This document shows, in pieces, positions 18,468 through 27,238 of a DNA stretch of 64,000 bases. Numbering within the stretch: the stretch's first letter is position 1; the number at the start of each line of letters is the position of its first letter. A program made the translations under genes and the position numbers. The DNA comes from a virus, in the IMG/VR virus record IMGVR_UViG_3300032285_003860. One strand, given 5' to 3'. Below the pieces are notes generated by a model that saw only the letters and a list, made by a program, of their open reading frames with translations, made no database searches and was not told the origin of the DNA.

Positions 18468-19457
18468 TTACAGGGCTTTTTCTTTTACCTTCTTTTCGAT
18501 GATTTCTCCCAAGTTTATCAAGGGTTTTGTCTTTTCCGTTGATTGGAAGCTGTCTTGAAATCCGCCATCATCAAATTTTTGAGCATCCCAACCGCTAGAA
18601 ATCTGCTTGTTTGGAGGAGTAAAGCCAGAATCAAATGAGTCTTTTGGCAAATAATTGTCTCCAATAGGAGTAACTTGATTTTGTCCTTTTATTTCTAATT
18701 GTAAAGAATCAACTACTCCGCCTTCATAAGGGTAACCGCCTTTATGGTCGTCTCCAGAAATTTGTTTTTTAATATCTTTTGATTTGGGTTTTTCGCCTTT
18801 ATAGTCAAGATGACCATCCTCATTGCGGTATGTTTTTAAAATCCACAAATTTTTAACATAAGAGTTTTTCTCTCCAAATTTATGATTGGCTCTCTGTTTA
18901 ATACGAGATAGCTTCTCTTGATCTTTGTAAGTCACAGAAGCAAAATCAATTTCTTGTTTATGAATATCAGATATTGGTTTCATAGCAGCACTTTGAGGGT
19001 TTTGATTTCCATAGGGATAAATTTCCATAAAAGCATCTTGTGGCGTAGGTTTCATCTTGTCCAATTCTTTTGGAGTTAAAAAGTCAGCTGGGCGGTGATG
19101 TTGTTGTTCAAATAAAGTCGTTTTATCACTTTTGTCTATTTTTTCTTGTTCGGCTAGAGTTTGAGCAGGCAAGACATCTTTAGTTAAATCAAGCTGTGCA
19201 TCAAAAAAGACTTTGCTATCTTCAGTATAATCTCTCTTTTTTAATACAGTATCAACAGAACCTTTGAAAAAATCTATCTCATCATCAATAAAAGGATTTT
19301 TATCGTTTCCAATGGGATTTTTTGAAGCAGTATTAATTTCTTCTGAAATTTCTTGGACTGCGTCTTTATTTTTATTTTTTTCTATCCAATATTTTTCTCT
19401 CCAAGAATCATAAGGTTCGTCATGGAAAAGGTCAATATTCTTAAATATATTAGCCAT
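18468..19457 (-). CDS. Hypothetical low-complexity protein (possible virion-internal protein)
   Basis: 329-aa ORF; GTGTAA motif 17 nt upstream. Confidence 0.65.
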   Translation of the reverse strand: MANIFKNIDLFHDEPYDSWREKYWIEKNKNKDAVQEISEEINTASKNPIGNDKNPFIDDEIDFFKGSVDTVLKKRDYTEDSKVFFDAQLDLTKDVLPAQTLAEQEKIDKSDKTTLFEQQHHRPADFLTPKELDKMKPTPQDAFMEIYPYGNQNPQSAAMKPISDIHKQEIDFASVTYKDQEKLSRIKQRANHKFGEKNSYVKNLWILKTYRNEDGHLDYKGEKPKSKDIKKQISGDDHKGGYPYEGGVVDSLQLEIKGQNQVTPIGDNYLPKDSFDSGFTPPNKQISSGWDAQKFDDGGFQDSFQSTEKTKPLINLGEIIEKKVKEKAL

Positions 19458-19517
19458 ATCTAATTATATTACACAAAAAATGACATTCTATTATTTTATT
19501 TGTGTGTAAGTATTTTT

Positions 19518-19751
19518 ATGAACGAACAAGATAAACCAAAATTGAATGACCCAGAGCCAAATAAAGAAAATCCTCAAACAAATGATAATTCTTCTATTCT
19601 TGGAGTATCAATTAGGGGATGGATTGCAATGGTTGTGGTTGCAACAATCTGCTTAATGTCTGGATTAAAGATAGACATTAAAGAACCTTTATATACATTA
19701 GCTGGATTGATTGTTGGGTTCTACTTTGGGCAGAATCCTAAAAAGTCATAA
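19518..19751 (+). CDS. Holin-like two-TM membrane protein
   Basis: Two hydrophobic helices ending in IVGFYFG; ATG 14 nt after GTGTAA. Confidence 0.55.
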   Translation: MNEQDKPKLNDPEPNKENPQTNDNSSILGVSIRGWIAMVVVATICLMSGLKIDIKEPLYTLAGLIVGFYFGQNPKKS

Positions 19752-19754
19752 GTC

Positions 19755-20273
19755 ATGCCTTACAAAAATCCAGAGCAAAAAGCTGCCTATGCCGCGAGGT
19801 ATAGAGAGACAAATAGAAAAAAAGCAAATACTTATGCCAAGCAGTATCGCATAGAAAATAAGGAGATAGTTGTTTCTAAAGTCAAAGCATGGAGGCAACA
19901 TAATCCTAATTGGGAAAGAGTTTCAGGTTACAATATAAAAAGGAACGCCAGTAGAAAAAAACGCTATAATACCAATATTCTGTATCGTTTGAAAGCTATT
20001 TACCGCGCCAATTTGACTCGTTATGTTTATCTAAAAAATGGCAAACACACCGATGAATTACTAGGATGCTCGATTGAGGAATTAAAAAATTATTTGACTT
20101 CAAAATTTCAAAAAGGAATGACTTGGGGGAATTATGGCAAGGGATGGCACATTGACCATATTGAACCATTATGCAGAGCAAAAACTTATAAAGAATTTGA
20201 GACTCTTTCTCATTTCACCAATTTACAACCACTATGGGCAGAGGATAATTTATCTAAAGGAAATAAGTTTTGA
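19755..20273 (+). CDS. HNH homing endonuclease (GMTWxNYG type)
   Basis: LLGCSIEEL, GMTWGNYG, WHIDHIEP, NLQPLWAEDNLSKG. Confidence 0.88.
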   Translation: MPYKNPEQKAAYAARYRETNRKKANTYAKQYRIENKEIVVSKVKAWRQHNPNWERVSGYNIKRNASRKKRYNTNILYRLKAIYRANLTRYVYLKNGKHTDELLGCSIEELKNYLTSKFQKGMTWGNYGKGWHIDHIEPLCRAKTYKEFETLSHFTNLQPLWAEDNLSKGNKF

Positions 20274-20288
20274 TTCTATAATAAGTAT

Positions 20289-20804
20289 ATGAAAAAGTTT
20301 TTAACTATTATTGGTATTGGATTAGTTAGTTTTGGCCTTTTAACTGGCTGTGTGACTGCATCAAACCCAAGCGGTCAAGTTGCTGTTGGTGGAGTTCATA
20401 TTGACCCCGCTGCAACAGGCAATGCTGTTCGCATTGCTGCTAAATTGGGCGCAATGGCAGAAATTAGACATGACCCTAAAACTAGAGAATACTTTCAGCT
20501 TTCGGCGGCAGGAGTGGGAGCAATTATTGCGGCAGGAAACTATAATCCAACCAATATTCAAGCATCTCTTGATGGTTTAACTGGTAATTCTACAGTTTCA
20601 ATGAGTATTGCAGATGCCCTTTCTCTTTATCAAGACTTTTTTGGTAAATTAGTTTCCGAAAAGCTTGATGCACAAAGCCCATATACAATTCCTGTGCTTA
20701 CTGGTCTTGCCTTGGGATTACAAGATGCTGTAAATTTGACTGCTCCAGCATCAAATAATACAGATGCCACGACCCCTAATACGATACCATCTCCAACAAA
20801 ATAA
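20289..20804 (+). CDS. Lipoprotein
   Basis: Signal peptide with LLTGC lipobox. Confidence 0.7.
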   Translation: MKKFLTIIGIGLVSFGLLTGCVTASNPSGQVAVGGVHIDPAATGNAVRIAAKLGAMAEIRHDPKTREYFQLSAAGVGAIIAAGNYNPTNIQASLDGLTGNSTVSMSIADALSLYQDFFGKLVSEKLDAQSPYTIPVLTGLALGLQDAVNLTAPASNNTDATTPNTIPSPTK

Positions 20805-20810
20805 ATTATT

Positions 20811-21005
20811 ATGGGTTTTTTATCTGGAATCTTTACTGCAATAACTGGAGTCTTTAACTATATTGTTGGGCGTTCTAATGCAAATAACGCTGCGGATGTA
20901 AAAGCTGCCCAAAAAGGTAAAGATGAAGCCATGCAAGTAGATAAAACAAATAAAGCCATTGAAAAAAGAGACACCAAGGAAATGCAAAATGAACTTAGTG
21001 AATAA
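20811..21005 (+). CDS. Putative inner-membrane spanin-like protein
   Basis: N-terminal hydrophobic helix plus charged helical tail; overlaps downstream lipoprotein gene. Confidence 0.45.
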   Translation: MGFLSGIFTAITGVFNYIVGRSNANNAADVKAAQKGKDEAMQVDKTNKAIEKRDTKEMQNELSE

Positions 21006-21342
21006 ATATATTTTATTATTATCTGTGGCTTTATTTTTAAGCGTGGGATGTGTTAGTACAATCACACCTGTTCAAGTTGTTTCAAATGGAGCCTCGTTTG
21101 ATAATGGAGAAAGAAATAGCGGATTCATTGGATGGACAACAAATAATTCAATTACTTATGCTATTATTTCTGAACACGCAAGAGATAGATACAATGCTTT
21201 AATTGATATTTACGGCAATAAAATTATACCACCAATTAAAAAAGATTATGGTGTAACAGATAATAAAACAAATTGCTTTATTACTCTTGAGGCGCTCTCT
21301 AATTTTGCCAAAATGAATCGTTGGCGCAAAAACGGGCAATAA
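20989..21342 (+). CDS. Lipoprotein, putative o-spanin-like
   Basis: LLLSVALFLSVGC lipobox; overlaps preceding TM gene. Confidence 0.55.
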   Translation: MNLVNKYILLLSVALFLSVGCVSTITPVQVVSNGASFDNGERNSGFIGWTTNNSITYAIISEHARDRYNALIDIYGNKIIPPIKKDYGVTDNKTNCFITLEALSNFAKMNRWRKNGQ

Positions 21343-21383
21343 ATTAACATATTCCCCTTTGTTTTGTGTAATAAAGGAGGAAT

Positions 21384-22010
21384 ATGGAACAATTTTTTTT
21401 AGACAATTCCAATAAAATTTATTATTTAATTTCTGTTTTTACGGCAGTTGTCACTTTTGTAGGTTTTTTATCTAAATATTTAAGAAAGATAATAATTAAA
21501 ATTAGAGAAAGAAACGCTAGAGTGGAGGAAATCCACAATAAAGTAGAAAAAATCTTTGAAGAAATTACCCCAAACCACGGCTCCTCAATAAAAGATAAGA
21601 TAAATTCATTAGATAAACGAATGGATAAAGTAGACGAAAATCTTGTTCTAAATAACAAATTAACTGAAAAAATATTTTACAGACAAAGATGGATATTAGA
21701 TAATCAAGCCGCAGCAGTTTTTGAAAGTGATGTTAATGGAAAATGTATCTGGGCAAATGTTCATTATTTAAAATTAGTTCAAAGAGACATGGCTTTTATA
21801 CTTGGCAATGGATGGAAAAATATTATTCATCCAGATGATAGAGAAAGAGTCATAATTAATTGGGATCGTTGCGTAGAAGATGGGATTGACGCAGAAGATA
21901 CATACAGAATCATTGATATTGAAGGAAGAGTTTATAGGGTTTTCTGTTCTGCTACCAAAACAGAAGGTAATGGATACATTGGCTCAATAAAAGTGCTTGA
22001 TAACGAGTAA
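21384..22010 (+). CDS. Membrane-anchored PAS-domain protein
   Basis: N-terminal TM, coiled coil with PNHGSSIKD, then PAS: VFESDVNGKCIWAN...ILGNGWKNIIHPDDRERV...YRI. Confidence 0.85.
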   Translation: MEQFFLDNSNKIYYLISVFTAVVTFVGFLSKYLRKIIIKIRERNARVEEIHNKVEKIFEEITPNHGSSIKDKINSLDKRMDKVDENLVLNNKLTEKIFYRQRWILDNQAAAVFESDVNGKCIWANVHYLKLVQRDMAFILGNGWKNIIHPDDRERVIINWDRCVEDGIDAEDTYRIIDIEGRVYRVFCSATKTEGNGYIGSIKVLDNE

Positions 22011-22057
22011 TATTTATTTTTTATAAAAGAATCATTTTTTGCCCTATAATAAACATT

Positions 22058-22615
22058 ATGGAGCAGGAAAATAGAAGCCGCACTTATAAAAGGCGCACCA
22101 ATATAACAATAAATTGTTCTGGGTGCGGTAAATCTTTCGAAAGAATAGAATACGAATTTGAAAGAAAATCTGCGCAAGGACAAACAAAATTCTTTTGTAC
22201 TGAAAGCTGCGCTAAAAAATCAATTGGATTGGCAAGGATAAACGAATTTAGTCCATTTAAAATAATTTTTGCGGCATCAAAAAGTGGTGCAAAAAAGAAA
22301 AAACTAGAATTTAATTTGACCCTAATTGAATTGAAAAAGAAATGGGACGAACAAAAAGGAATTTGCCCCTATTCTAAAAAGAAAATGGTTTTACCCACAA
22401 GTGCTTCCAAAAAAACTGTTATACCTTCACTAAAATCTGCCTCTTTAGACAGAATAGATTCTTCAAAGGGTTATACATTGGATAATATAGAATTTGTTAC
22501 CAGATTTGTAAATTTAGGAAAAAATACATATTCAGGAGAAGATGTTCATAGTTTTTTAAAAGAAATGGTTGAAGAGTGGAATCGTAACAAAATTGACTCA
22601 CTGCCAAACATATAA
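22058..22615 (+). CDS. HNH/endonuclease VII-like homing endonuclease
   Basis: CSGCGK..FC..SC zinc finger; QKGICPYS; SLDRIDSSKGYTLDNIEFV...VN..K. Confidence 0.82.
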   Translation: MEQENRSRTYKRRTNITINCSGCGKSFERIEYEFERKSAQGQTKFFCTESCAKKSIGLARINEFSPFKIIFAASKSGAKKKKLEFNLTLIELKKKWDEQKGICPYSKKKMVLPTSASKKTVIPSLKSASLDRIDSSKGYTLDNIEFVTRFVNLGKNTYSGEDVHSFLKEMVEEWNRNKIDSLPNI

Positions 22616-22635
22616 AGCGTGTAAGTTAAGATAGA

Positions 22636-23358
22636 ATGAAATATCTTAGCGTATTTATATCAGACACCCACATTGGAAGCAAAAATACTAATATAAAGAA
22701 GCTTTTGTCTTTTTTAAAAGAAGTAGAATGCGAAAACTTATTTATCGTTGGAGATTTTATTGATGGATGGGAATTAAAATCCAAATGGCGTTGGAAAAAT
22801 GACTATAACACGCTCTTGCAAAAACTCTTAAGAAAGAGTCGCAAAGGAACAAAAATATACCTATTGATTGGAAATCACGATGATTTCCTTTTTCCTTTTA
22901 AAGATACAGAATTTGGCAATATATCCATACTGCGCGATTATGTTCATGTTACCGCAAATAAGAAAAAATGTTTAGTTATTCATGGCGACCAGTTTGATGG
23001 CATAATTAAATATGCAAAATGGTTGCAACACATTGGCTCTCACCTCTATAATTTAATCATTGACCTAAATACCCTAATCAATAGATTAGCTAGAAAATTT
23101 GGCAAAACATATAGCTTTGCAAAAGCAATAAAACAAAACACAAAAGCCGCATTAAGTTTTATAAACAAATTTGAGCAATGCGTAATTGATGATGCAAAAA
23201 AGCATAACGCAGAAATTGTGATTTGCGGTCATGTTCATACCCCTTGTCATAAAAAAATAGAAGGCATTGAATATTTTAATTGTGGTTCTTGGCAGGAAGA
23301 TGAATTTCATGCTGTGGTAGAGACTCAAGATGGAAAATTAAAACTAATTGATTTATGA
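22636..23358 (+). CDS. plcP: PlcP/LpxH2-like metallophosphoesterase (phospholipase C)
   Basis: FISDTHIGS, VGDFIDGW, QKLLRKSRKGT, GNHDDFL, HGDQFD, ICGHVH, NCGSW: the PlcP/LpxH2 signature rather than canonical LpxH. Confidence 0.8.
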   Translation: MKYLSVFISDTHIGSKNTNIKKLLSFLKEVECENLFIVGDFIDGWELKSKWRWKNDYNTLLQKLLRKSRKGTKIYLLIGNHDDFLFPFKDTEFGNISILRDYVHVTANKKKCLVIHGDQFDGIIKYAKWLQHIGSHLYNLIIDLNTLINRLARKFGKTYSFAKAIKQNTKAALSFINKFEQCVIDDAKKHNAEIVICGHVHTPCHKKIEGIEYFNCGSWQEDEFHAVVETQDGKLKLIDL

Positions 23359-24395
23359 AATGCGTATTTATTATTCAAGGAGAAGGCAGAGGGCATTCGA
23401 CCCAAGCAATAGCGTTAGCGCAAATGCTAAAAGAACTTGGGGTAGAAGTTATTGCAGCATATATTGGTAAAAATCATATTGGACGTAACCATGATTGGGT
23501 ATTTAAAGAAATTGGAGTTGATGAGAATTATTTTTATAGCCCCAATTTTGTTTACAAAAACAACGAAGTGTCATTAAAAAGAACTGCTTTTAAATTCATT
23601 AAAAATATTTTTCAAATAAGAAAATCAATAAAACATCTCAAAAATGAACTTAAACAAATCAATCCAGATTTTGTGGTCAATTTTTATGAGCCACTTGCCC
23701 CTTTTGCTAAATCTGGCTTACAGATTCCTACTGTAACCATAGGGCATCAATTTTTAATTGACCATCCAAGTTATCCGCAGCAATTACCAATGCAAAGGAA
23801 ATTAATCAGCCTTTTTAACAAATTAGTATCCTACCATAGCACTAAAGTAATAGCCCTTAGCTTTTATCCTTTAGTTGGTCAATACAAACACTATATCGCT
23901 CCTCCTCTTTTAAGAGAAGAAGTATTAAAAGCAAAACCAAAAACTATTTTCAATAAAGTTGTTGCGTATGTAATTAATCCAATTTTTGTTCATAGTATCA
24001 CTCAACAAGCATTTTGTTATTTAAAATATAAATTCACAATTTATAACGAATTATACGAACACAAAGGATTTAATTTTCAATCTAAGAAAATTTCCCCAGC
24101 TTTTGTTGATGATTTATTATCTGCCGAATATATTGTAACATCGGGGGGTTTTGAAACAATTTCAGAAGCTCATTATCACGAAAAAAAGATTTTAGCCGTG
24201 CCTGTTAAAAATCATGCAGAACAAACCCTCAATACTATAGATGCATCAGAGAGAGGAATCATATTAACAAATAATGATTATGATTTAAGTAAACTGCTTT
24301 TAAAAAATAATAGATTTCAAAAATCGCAATTTTCAAAAGAAGAATATAAAGAATGGTATATTAGATTCTTTAAAAACTTTATCAAAAATATTTGA
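23355..24395 (+). CDS. GT-B glycosyltransferase (MJ1255/VC2487-like, GT28-related)
   Basis: QGEGRGHSTQA, PDFVVNFYEPL, IGHQ, PPLLR, SGGFETISEA, PVKNHAEQ..N; ATGA-coupled to plcP. Confidence 0.82.
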   Translation: MKCVFIIQGEGRGHSTQAIALAQMLKELGVEVIAAYIGKNHIGRNHDWVFKEIGVDENYFYSPNFVYKNNEVSLKRTAFKFIKNIFQIRKSIKHLKNELKQINPDFVVNFYEPLAPFAKSGLQIPTVTIGHQFLIDHPSYPQQLPMQRKLISLFNKLVSYHSTKVIALSFYPLVGQYKHYIAPPLLREEVLKAKPKTIFNKVVAYVINPIFVHSITQQAFCYLKYKFTIYNELYEHKGFNFQSKKISPAFVDDLLSAEYIVTSGGFETISEAHYHEKKILAVPVKNHAEQTLNTIDASERGIILTNNDYDLSKLLLKNNRFQKSQFSKEEYKEWYIRFFKNFIKNI

Positions 24396-24443
24396 GATTT
24401 AATAAAAAATAAGCGTATTATACATTAAATAGAGTTTTAAGAG

Positions 24444-24472
24444 TTGACAAAATTTTAACGAGTTGATATACT
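24444..24472 (+). promoter_or_regulatory. Sigma70-type promoter of tRNA cluster 1
   Basis: TTGACA-N17-TATACT. Confidence 0.8.
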
Positions 24473-24551
24473 GATTTAGGCTTAGACCAGTAGGTGTGCC
24501 ATAACACCATGCTGCGTTCTGCGGGGTTAAAAACCGCGTGAGCGGCTGAAT

Positions 24552-24637
24552 GCATGGTTATTCCGTAGGAGTAGCGGGGCAGACTGTAAATCTGCTGCTT
24601 AATTGCTCGGGGAGTGCGACTCTCTCACCATGCACCA
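24552..24637 (+). tRNA. tRNA-Tyr(GTA), A18/G55 variant
   Basis: GCATGGT/ACCATGC-ACCA; GCAGA-CTGTAAA-TCTGC; T-loop TGCGACT. Confidence 0.88.
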
Positions 24638-24641
24638 TTTA

Positions 24642-24717
24642 CGAAGCGTAGGATAATGGCTATTCCGCCAGTTTTGGGTACTGGATATTGTGGATTCGAG
24701 TTCCACCGCTTCGACCA
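24642..24717 (+). tRNA. tRNA-Pro(TGG)
   Basis: CGAAGCG/CGCTTCG-ACCA; CCAGT-TTTGGGT-ACTGG; TTCGAGT loop. Confidence 0.92.
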
Positions 24718-24718
24718 T

Positions 24719-25090
24719 TTAATCAGCGTGAAGTTCTGCGTGGCAATTAGCGCAAATTAACTCGCATTTTTCGGCTTCTTTATAAGCAGCAGCTTTTCCT
24801 TTTAAAGCAAATAATTTACTAACTAAAGCTTCTTTTTTTAAAGGGTCTTTATGGTGAAAATGTAAAGCATCAAAACACTTATCATAAGAACACCTAGAGC
24901 ATTTTCCCCCGTAAAGATTTTTTAATTCAAATAATTGAATTTTTCTATTTTTTCGGCGATATGCTAAAAATTTTTCTTTTGCTCCTTCGGCGCAATGATA
25001 ATTAATTGTAGCTTTTGAGCAGTTTAGTATTTTGGAAATTTCACTATAAGATTTCCCTTTTTTTCTTAATTTGAGTATTTTTTCTTTCAT
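24719..25090 (-). CDS. HTH-HNH homing endonuclease inserted in tRNA cluster
   Basis: GKSYSEISKILNCSKATI HTH; GGKCSRCSY...LHFHH...CELICANCHAELH. Confidence 0.88.
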   Translation of the reverse strand: MKEKILKLRKKGKSYSEISKILNCSKATINYHCAEGAKEKFLAYRRKNRKIQLFELKNLYGGKCSRCSYDKCFDALHFHHKDPLKKEALVSKLFALKGKAAAYKEAEKCELICANCHAELHAD

Positions 25091-25190
25091 AAAAGAACTT
25101 ACACAAGTTTAAATCATTTGAGAAGACTCGAACTATTTATGCGACAATAATCATAATTTAATTTTATGCGTTATATAGCAGATAATTTAT

Positions 25191-25264
25191 GCGGTAGTGT
25201 TGTAGTAGTAGCAAACGAGTTTTCCAAACTTGGAGTGACGGGGCAGAACCGTCTTACCGCACCA
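25191..25264 (+). tRNA. tRNA-Gly(TCC), A18/G55 variant
   Basis: GCGGTAG/TTACCGC-ACCA; CGAGT-TTTCCAA-ACTTG; T-loop GGCAGAA. Confidence 0.85.
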
Positions 25265-25271
25265 TCTTTAT

Positions 25272-25364
25272 ACCCCCCGCAAACGCTATGCTATTGCAAA
25301 ATAGCATCGACGCAGCATGAGACTAGGACACATGATGGTCTAGTGGACGCACTAGAATGGGGGT
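25272..25364 (+). ncRNA. Unassigned multi-arm structured RNA between tRNAs
   Basis: ACCCCC/GGGGGT closing stem; ATGCTATT-GCAA-AATAGCAT; TCTAGTG-GACG-CACTAGA. Confidence 0.55.
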
Positions 25365-25377
25365 TTGTTAATTTCAT

Positions 25378-25452
25378 TCCAAAATAGCTCAATGGTGGAG
25401 CAAGATGCTGTTAACATCAAGGTTCTAGGTTCAAGTCCTAGTTTTGGAGCCA
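25378..25452 (+). tRNA. tRNA-Asn(GTT)
   Basis: TCCAAAA/TTTTGGA-GCCA; CTGTTAA loop; TTCAAGT. Confidence 0.92.
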
Positions 25453-25538
25453 ATTCTAATTATATGAAAAATATCTTTTTAGAGGTTTTTGAGCGTCTAA
25501 TTATATGAAAATCTTTTCGCAGGTGCGAGAATGGTGGA

Positions 25539-25563
25539 GGCGCAGGGAAACCTGCGCCCTTTT
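25539..25563 (+). terminator. Intrinsic terminator
   Basis: GGCGCAGG-GAAA-CCTGCGCC-CTTTT. Confidence 0.7.
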
Positions 25564-25568
25564 AATTT

Positions 25569-25697
25569 ATGTTTAAATATTTAATAATAATTTCTTTGTT
25601 TTTGGCAGGTGGATGTAGCTCAATGCAGCAAAATCAAAATTCTGATTCTCCAAATATTATGATAATTGGTGGTTATGTGTTAGTAATGCCAGAATAG
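25569..25697 (+). CDS. Small lipoprotein (42 aa)
   Basis: MFKYLIIISLFLAGGC lipobox. Confidence 0.5.
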   Translation: MFKYLIIISLFLAGGCSSMQQNQNSDSPNIMIIGGYVLVMPE

Positions 25698-25778
25698 AGT
25701 GTAAGCCATTATGAGTGATTATTTTTTGGATAATGTTAGGAATTTGTTTTTTATATTTATGTAAAAATAAAGATTAAC

Positions 25779-25852
25779 TCCCGCTTAGTATAAAAGTATT
25801 ACAAGAGACTTTGAATCTCAAGAAATTGGAGCATTACCAGTAGCGGGAACCA
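25779..25852 (+). tRNA. tRNA-Gln(TTG), A18/G55 variant
   Basis: TCCCGCT/AGCGGGA-ACCA; CTTTGAA loop; T-loop AGCATTA. Confidence 0.85.
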
Positions 25853-25873
25853 TAAAGCCGTGTATTATAAATT

Positions 25874-26164
25874 ATGAGTAATAAATATTATTTAGAAATC
25901 AATTTGTTAAGCAATGCAGACATAGAATCTGATGCAAGAGACATTTCCTATAAATCTCGCAAGGAAATGAAAGATAGTGATTTTCTTGACCCAGAAAATC
26001 GCAGTTTTCCAGTCACAACCTGTGAAGATGTAATGGCAGCAGTTCACGCATGGGGAAGATATAAAGGCTCAATGAGCTTTGAAACTTTTAAAGCTAAACT
26101 CACTCGCAAAGCGCATCAACTTGGATGCAAACTTCCAGAAAGCTGGACAGAAAAAAAGGATTAA
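25874..26164 (+). CDS. Conserved phage protein (DUF6582-like)
   Basis: RKEMKDSDF..PE.RSFPV....V.AA....GR motif. Confidence 0.65.
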   Translation: MSNKYYLEINLLSNADIESDARDISYKSRKEMKDSDFLDPENRSFPVTTCEDVMAAVHAWGRYKGSMSFETFKAKLTRKAHQLGCKLPESWTEKKD

Positions 26165-26165
26165 T

Positions 26166-26459
26166 ATGCCCTCAGTAAAAAAAGGTGAGAAACAATCTCA
26201 CTATATGCACCGCTGCGTACCTATGCTCATCAAAGAAGGCAAGAAGCAAGACCAAGCTGTAGCTCAATGCCTTTCCATGTTTAAACAAAAATGGAAAGCA
26301 AAAGGCGAAGAAGTACCAGATGAATCATCCGCTGAATTTCAAAATGCCCTTGCCAACTTTGATTGGGATAATTGCCCCGAATGTCTTGCTAGAGAATCAG
26401 AAGCAAATCATAAAATCGGCATATTTAATATTGACTTTCCAAATAAAAAACTTTCTTAA
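26166..26459 (+). CDS. Conserved phage protein
   Basis: MP...GE...YM.RCV.....EG...DQAVA.C motif common in phage head-associated genes. Confidence 0.65.
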   Translation: MPSVKKGEKQSHYMHRCVPMLIKEGKKQDQAVAQCLSMFKQKWKAKGEEVPDESSAEFQNALANFDWDNCPECLARESEANHKIGIFNIDFPNKKLS

Positions 26460-26462
26460 ATT

Positions 26463-27209
26463 GTGCAAAATATAATTGAAATAGATTTTAGCGAACTTAA
26501 CAGTTTTAGTTCTTTAGGTTTTAATAAAGAATCATTAACAAATACAATTAATTATTTATCAAATAAAAATAAAGTTTTAGTTTTGGCTACTTCCAATCGC
26601 TGGGAAGGCGGCGATTATGAACCAGCAAAATCAACGCAACTTGCCCAATTTGTTACTAAAAAGTTAGGTTCTAAAGCCTCTTTTATTGATGTTAGCAAAT
26701 TACATATTGAAATTTGCGAAGGAAATGTTTCAACTAATTTAGGCAATCGTTGCGGATTAAAAGATGCTTCATTAAAAGACAAAGACAAAAATCCAAGTGG
26801 ATACCATCGTTGTTGGGCAAGCATAAACAATCAAGACGATGAATTATGGAAGATTAGCAAAGAGCTTTTTCAAAGCGATGCAGTATTATTTTTTACTTCT
26901 ATCCGATGGGGGCAAACAAATAGCATTTATCAAAAATTAATAGAAAGATTAGACTGGATTGAAAATCGCCACACCACTTTGGGCGAAGATAATATAGTTA
27001 AAAACATAGACGCAGGAATTATTGCCATTGGTCAAAATTGGAATGGGAAAAACGTAATAAATACAGAATCTCAAGTTTTAAAGTATTTTGGTTTCAAAAC
27101 CCCCAGCGAATTAGCTTGGAATTGGCAATATACAAGCAATGACTTGGATGAATCTCAAGAAAGTTATAAGGCGGCAGTCAAATCTTTTGATAAAACTTTT
27201 TTAACTTGA
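26463..27209 (+). CDS. Flavodoxin-like NAD(P)H-dependent FMN reductase family protein
   Basis: KVLVLATSNR, IDVSKLHIEICEG, SDAVLFFTSIRWG, LIERL. Confidence 0.75.
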   Translation: MQNIIEIDFSELNSFSSLGFNKESLTNTINYLSNKNKVLVLATSNRWEGGDYEPAKSTQLAQFVTKKLGSKASFIDVSKLHIEICEGNVSTNLGNRCGLKDASLKDKDKNPSGYHRCWASINNQDDELWKISKELFQSDAVLFFTSIRWGQTNSIYQKLIERLDWIENRHTTLGEDNIVKNIDAGIIAIGQNWNGKNVINTESQVLKYFGFKTPSELAWNWQYTSNDLDESQESYKAAVKSFDKTFLT

Positions 27210-27238
27210 CATTTTTAGCCGTAAGAGTTAATATAATT

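Noticed and set aside
25272-25364. Twister-sister ribozyme (ACCC-GCAA...AUGGGU-like ends)
   Set aside because: Lacks the UGCAAGU loop and the C-A cleavage context in the expected positions; kept only as an unassigned RNA
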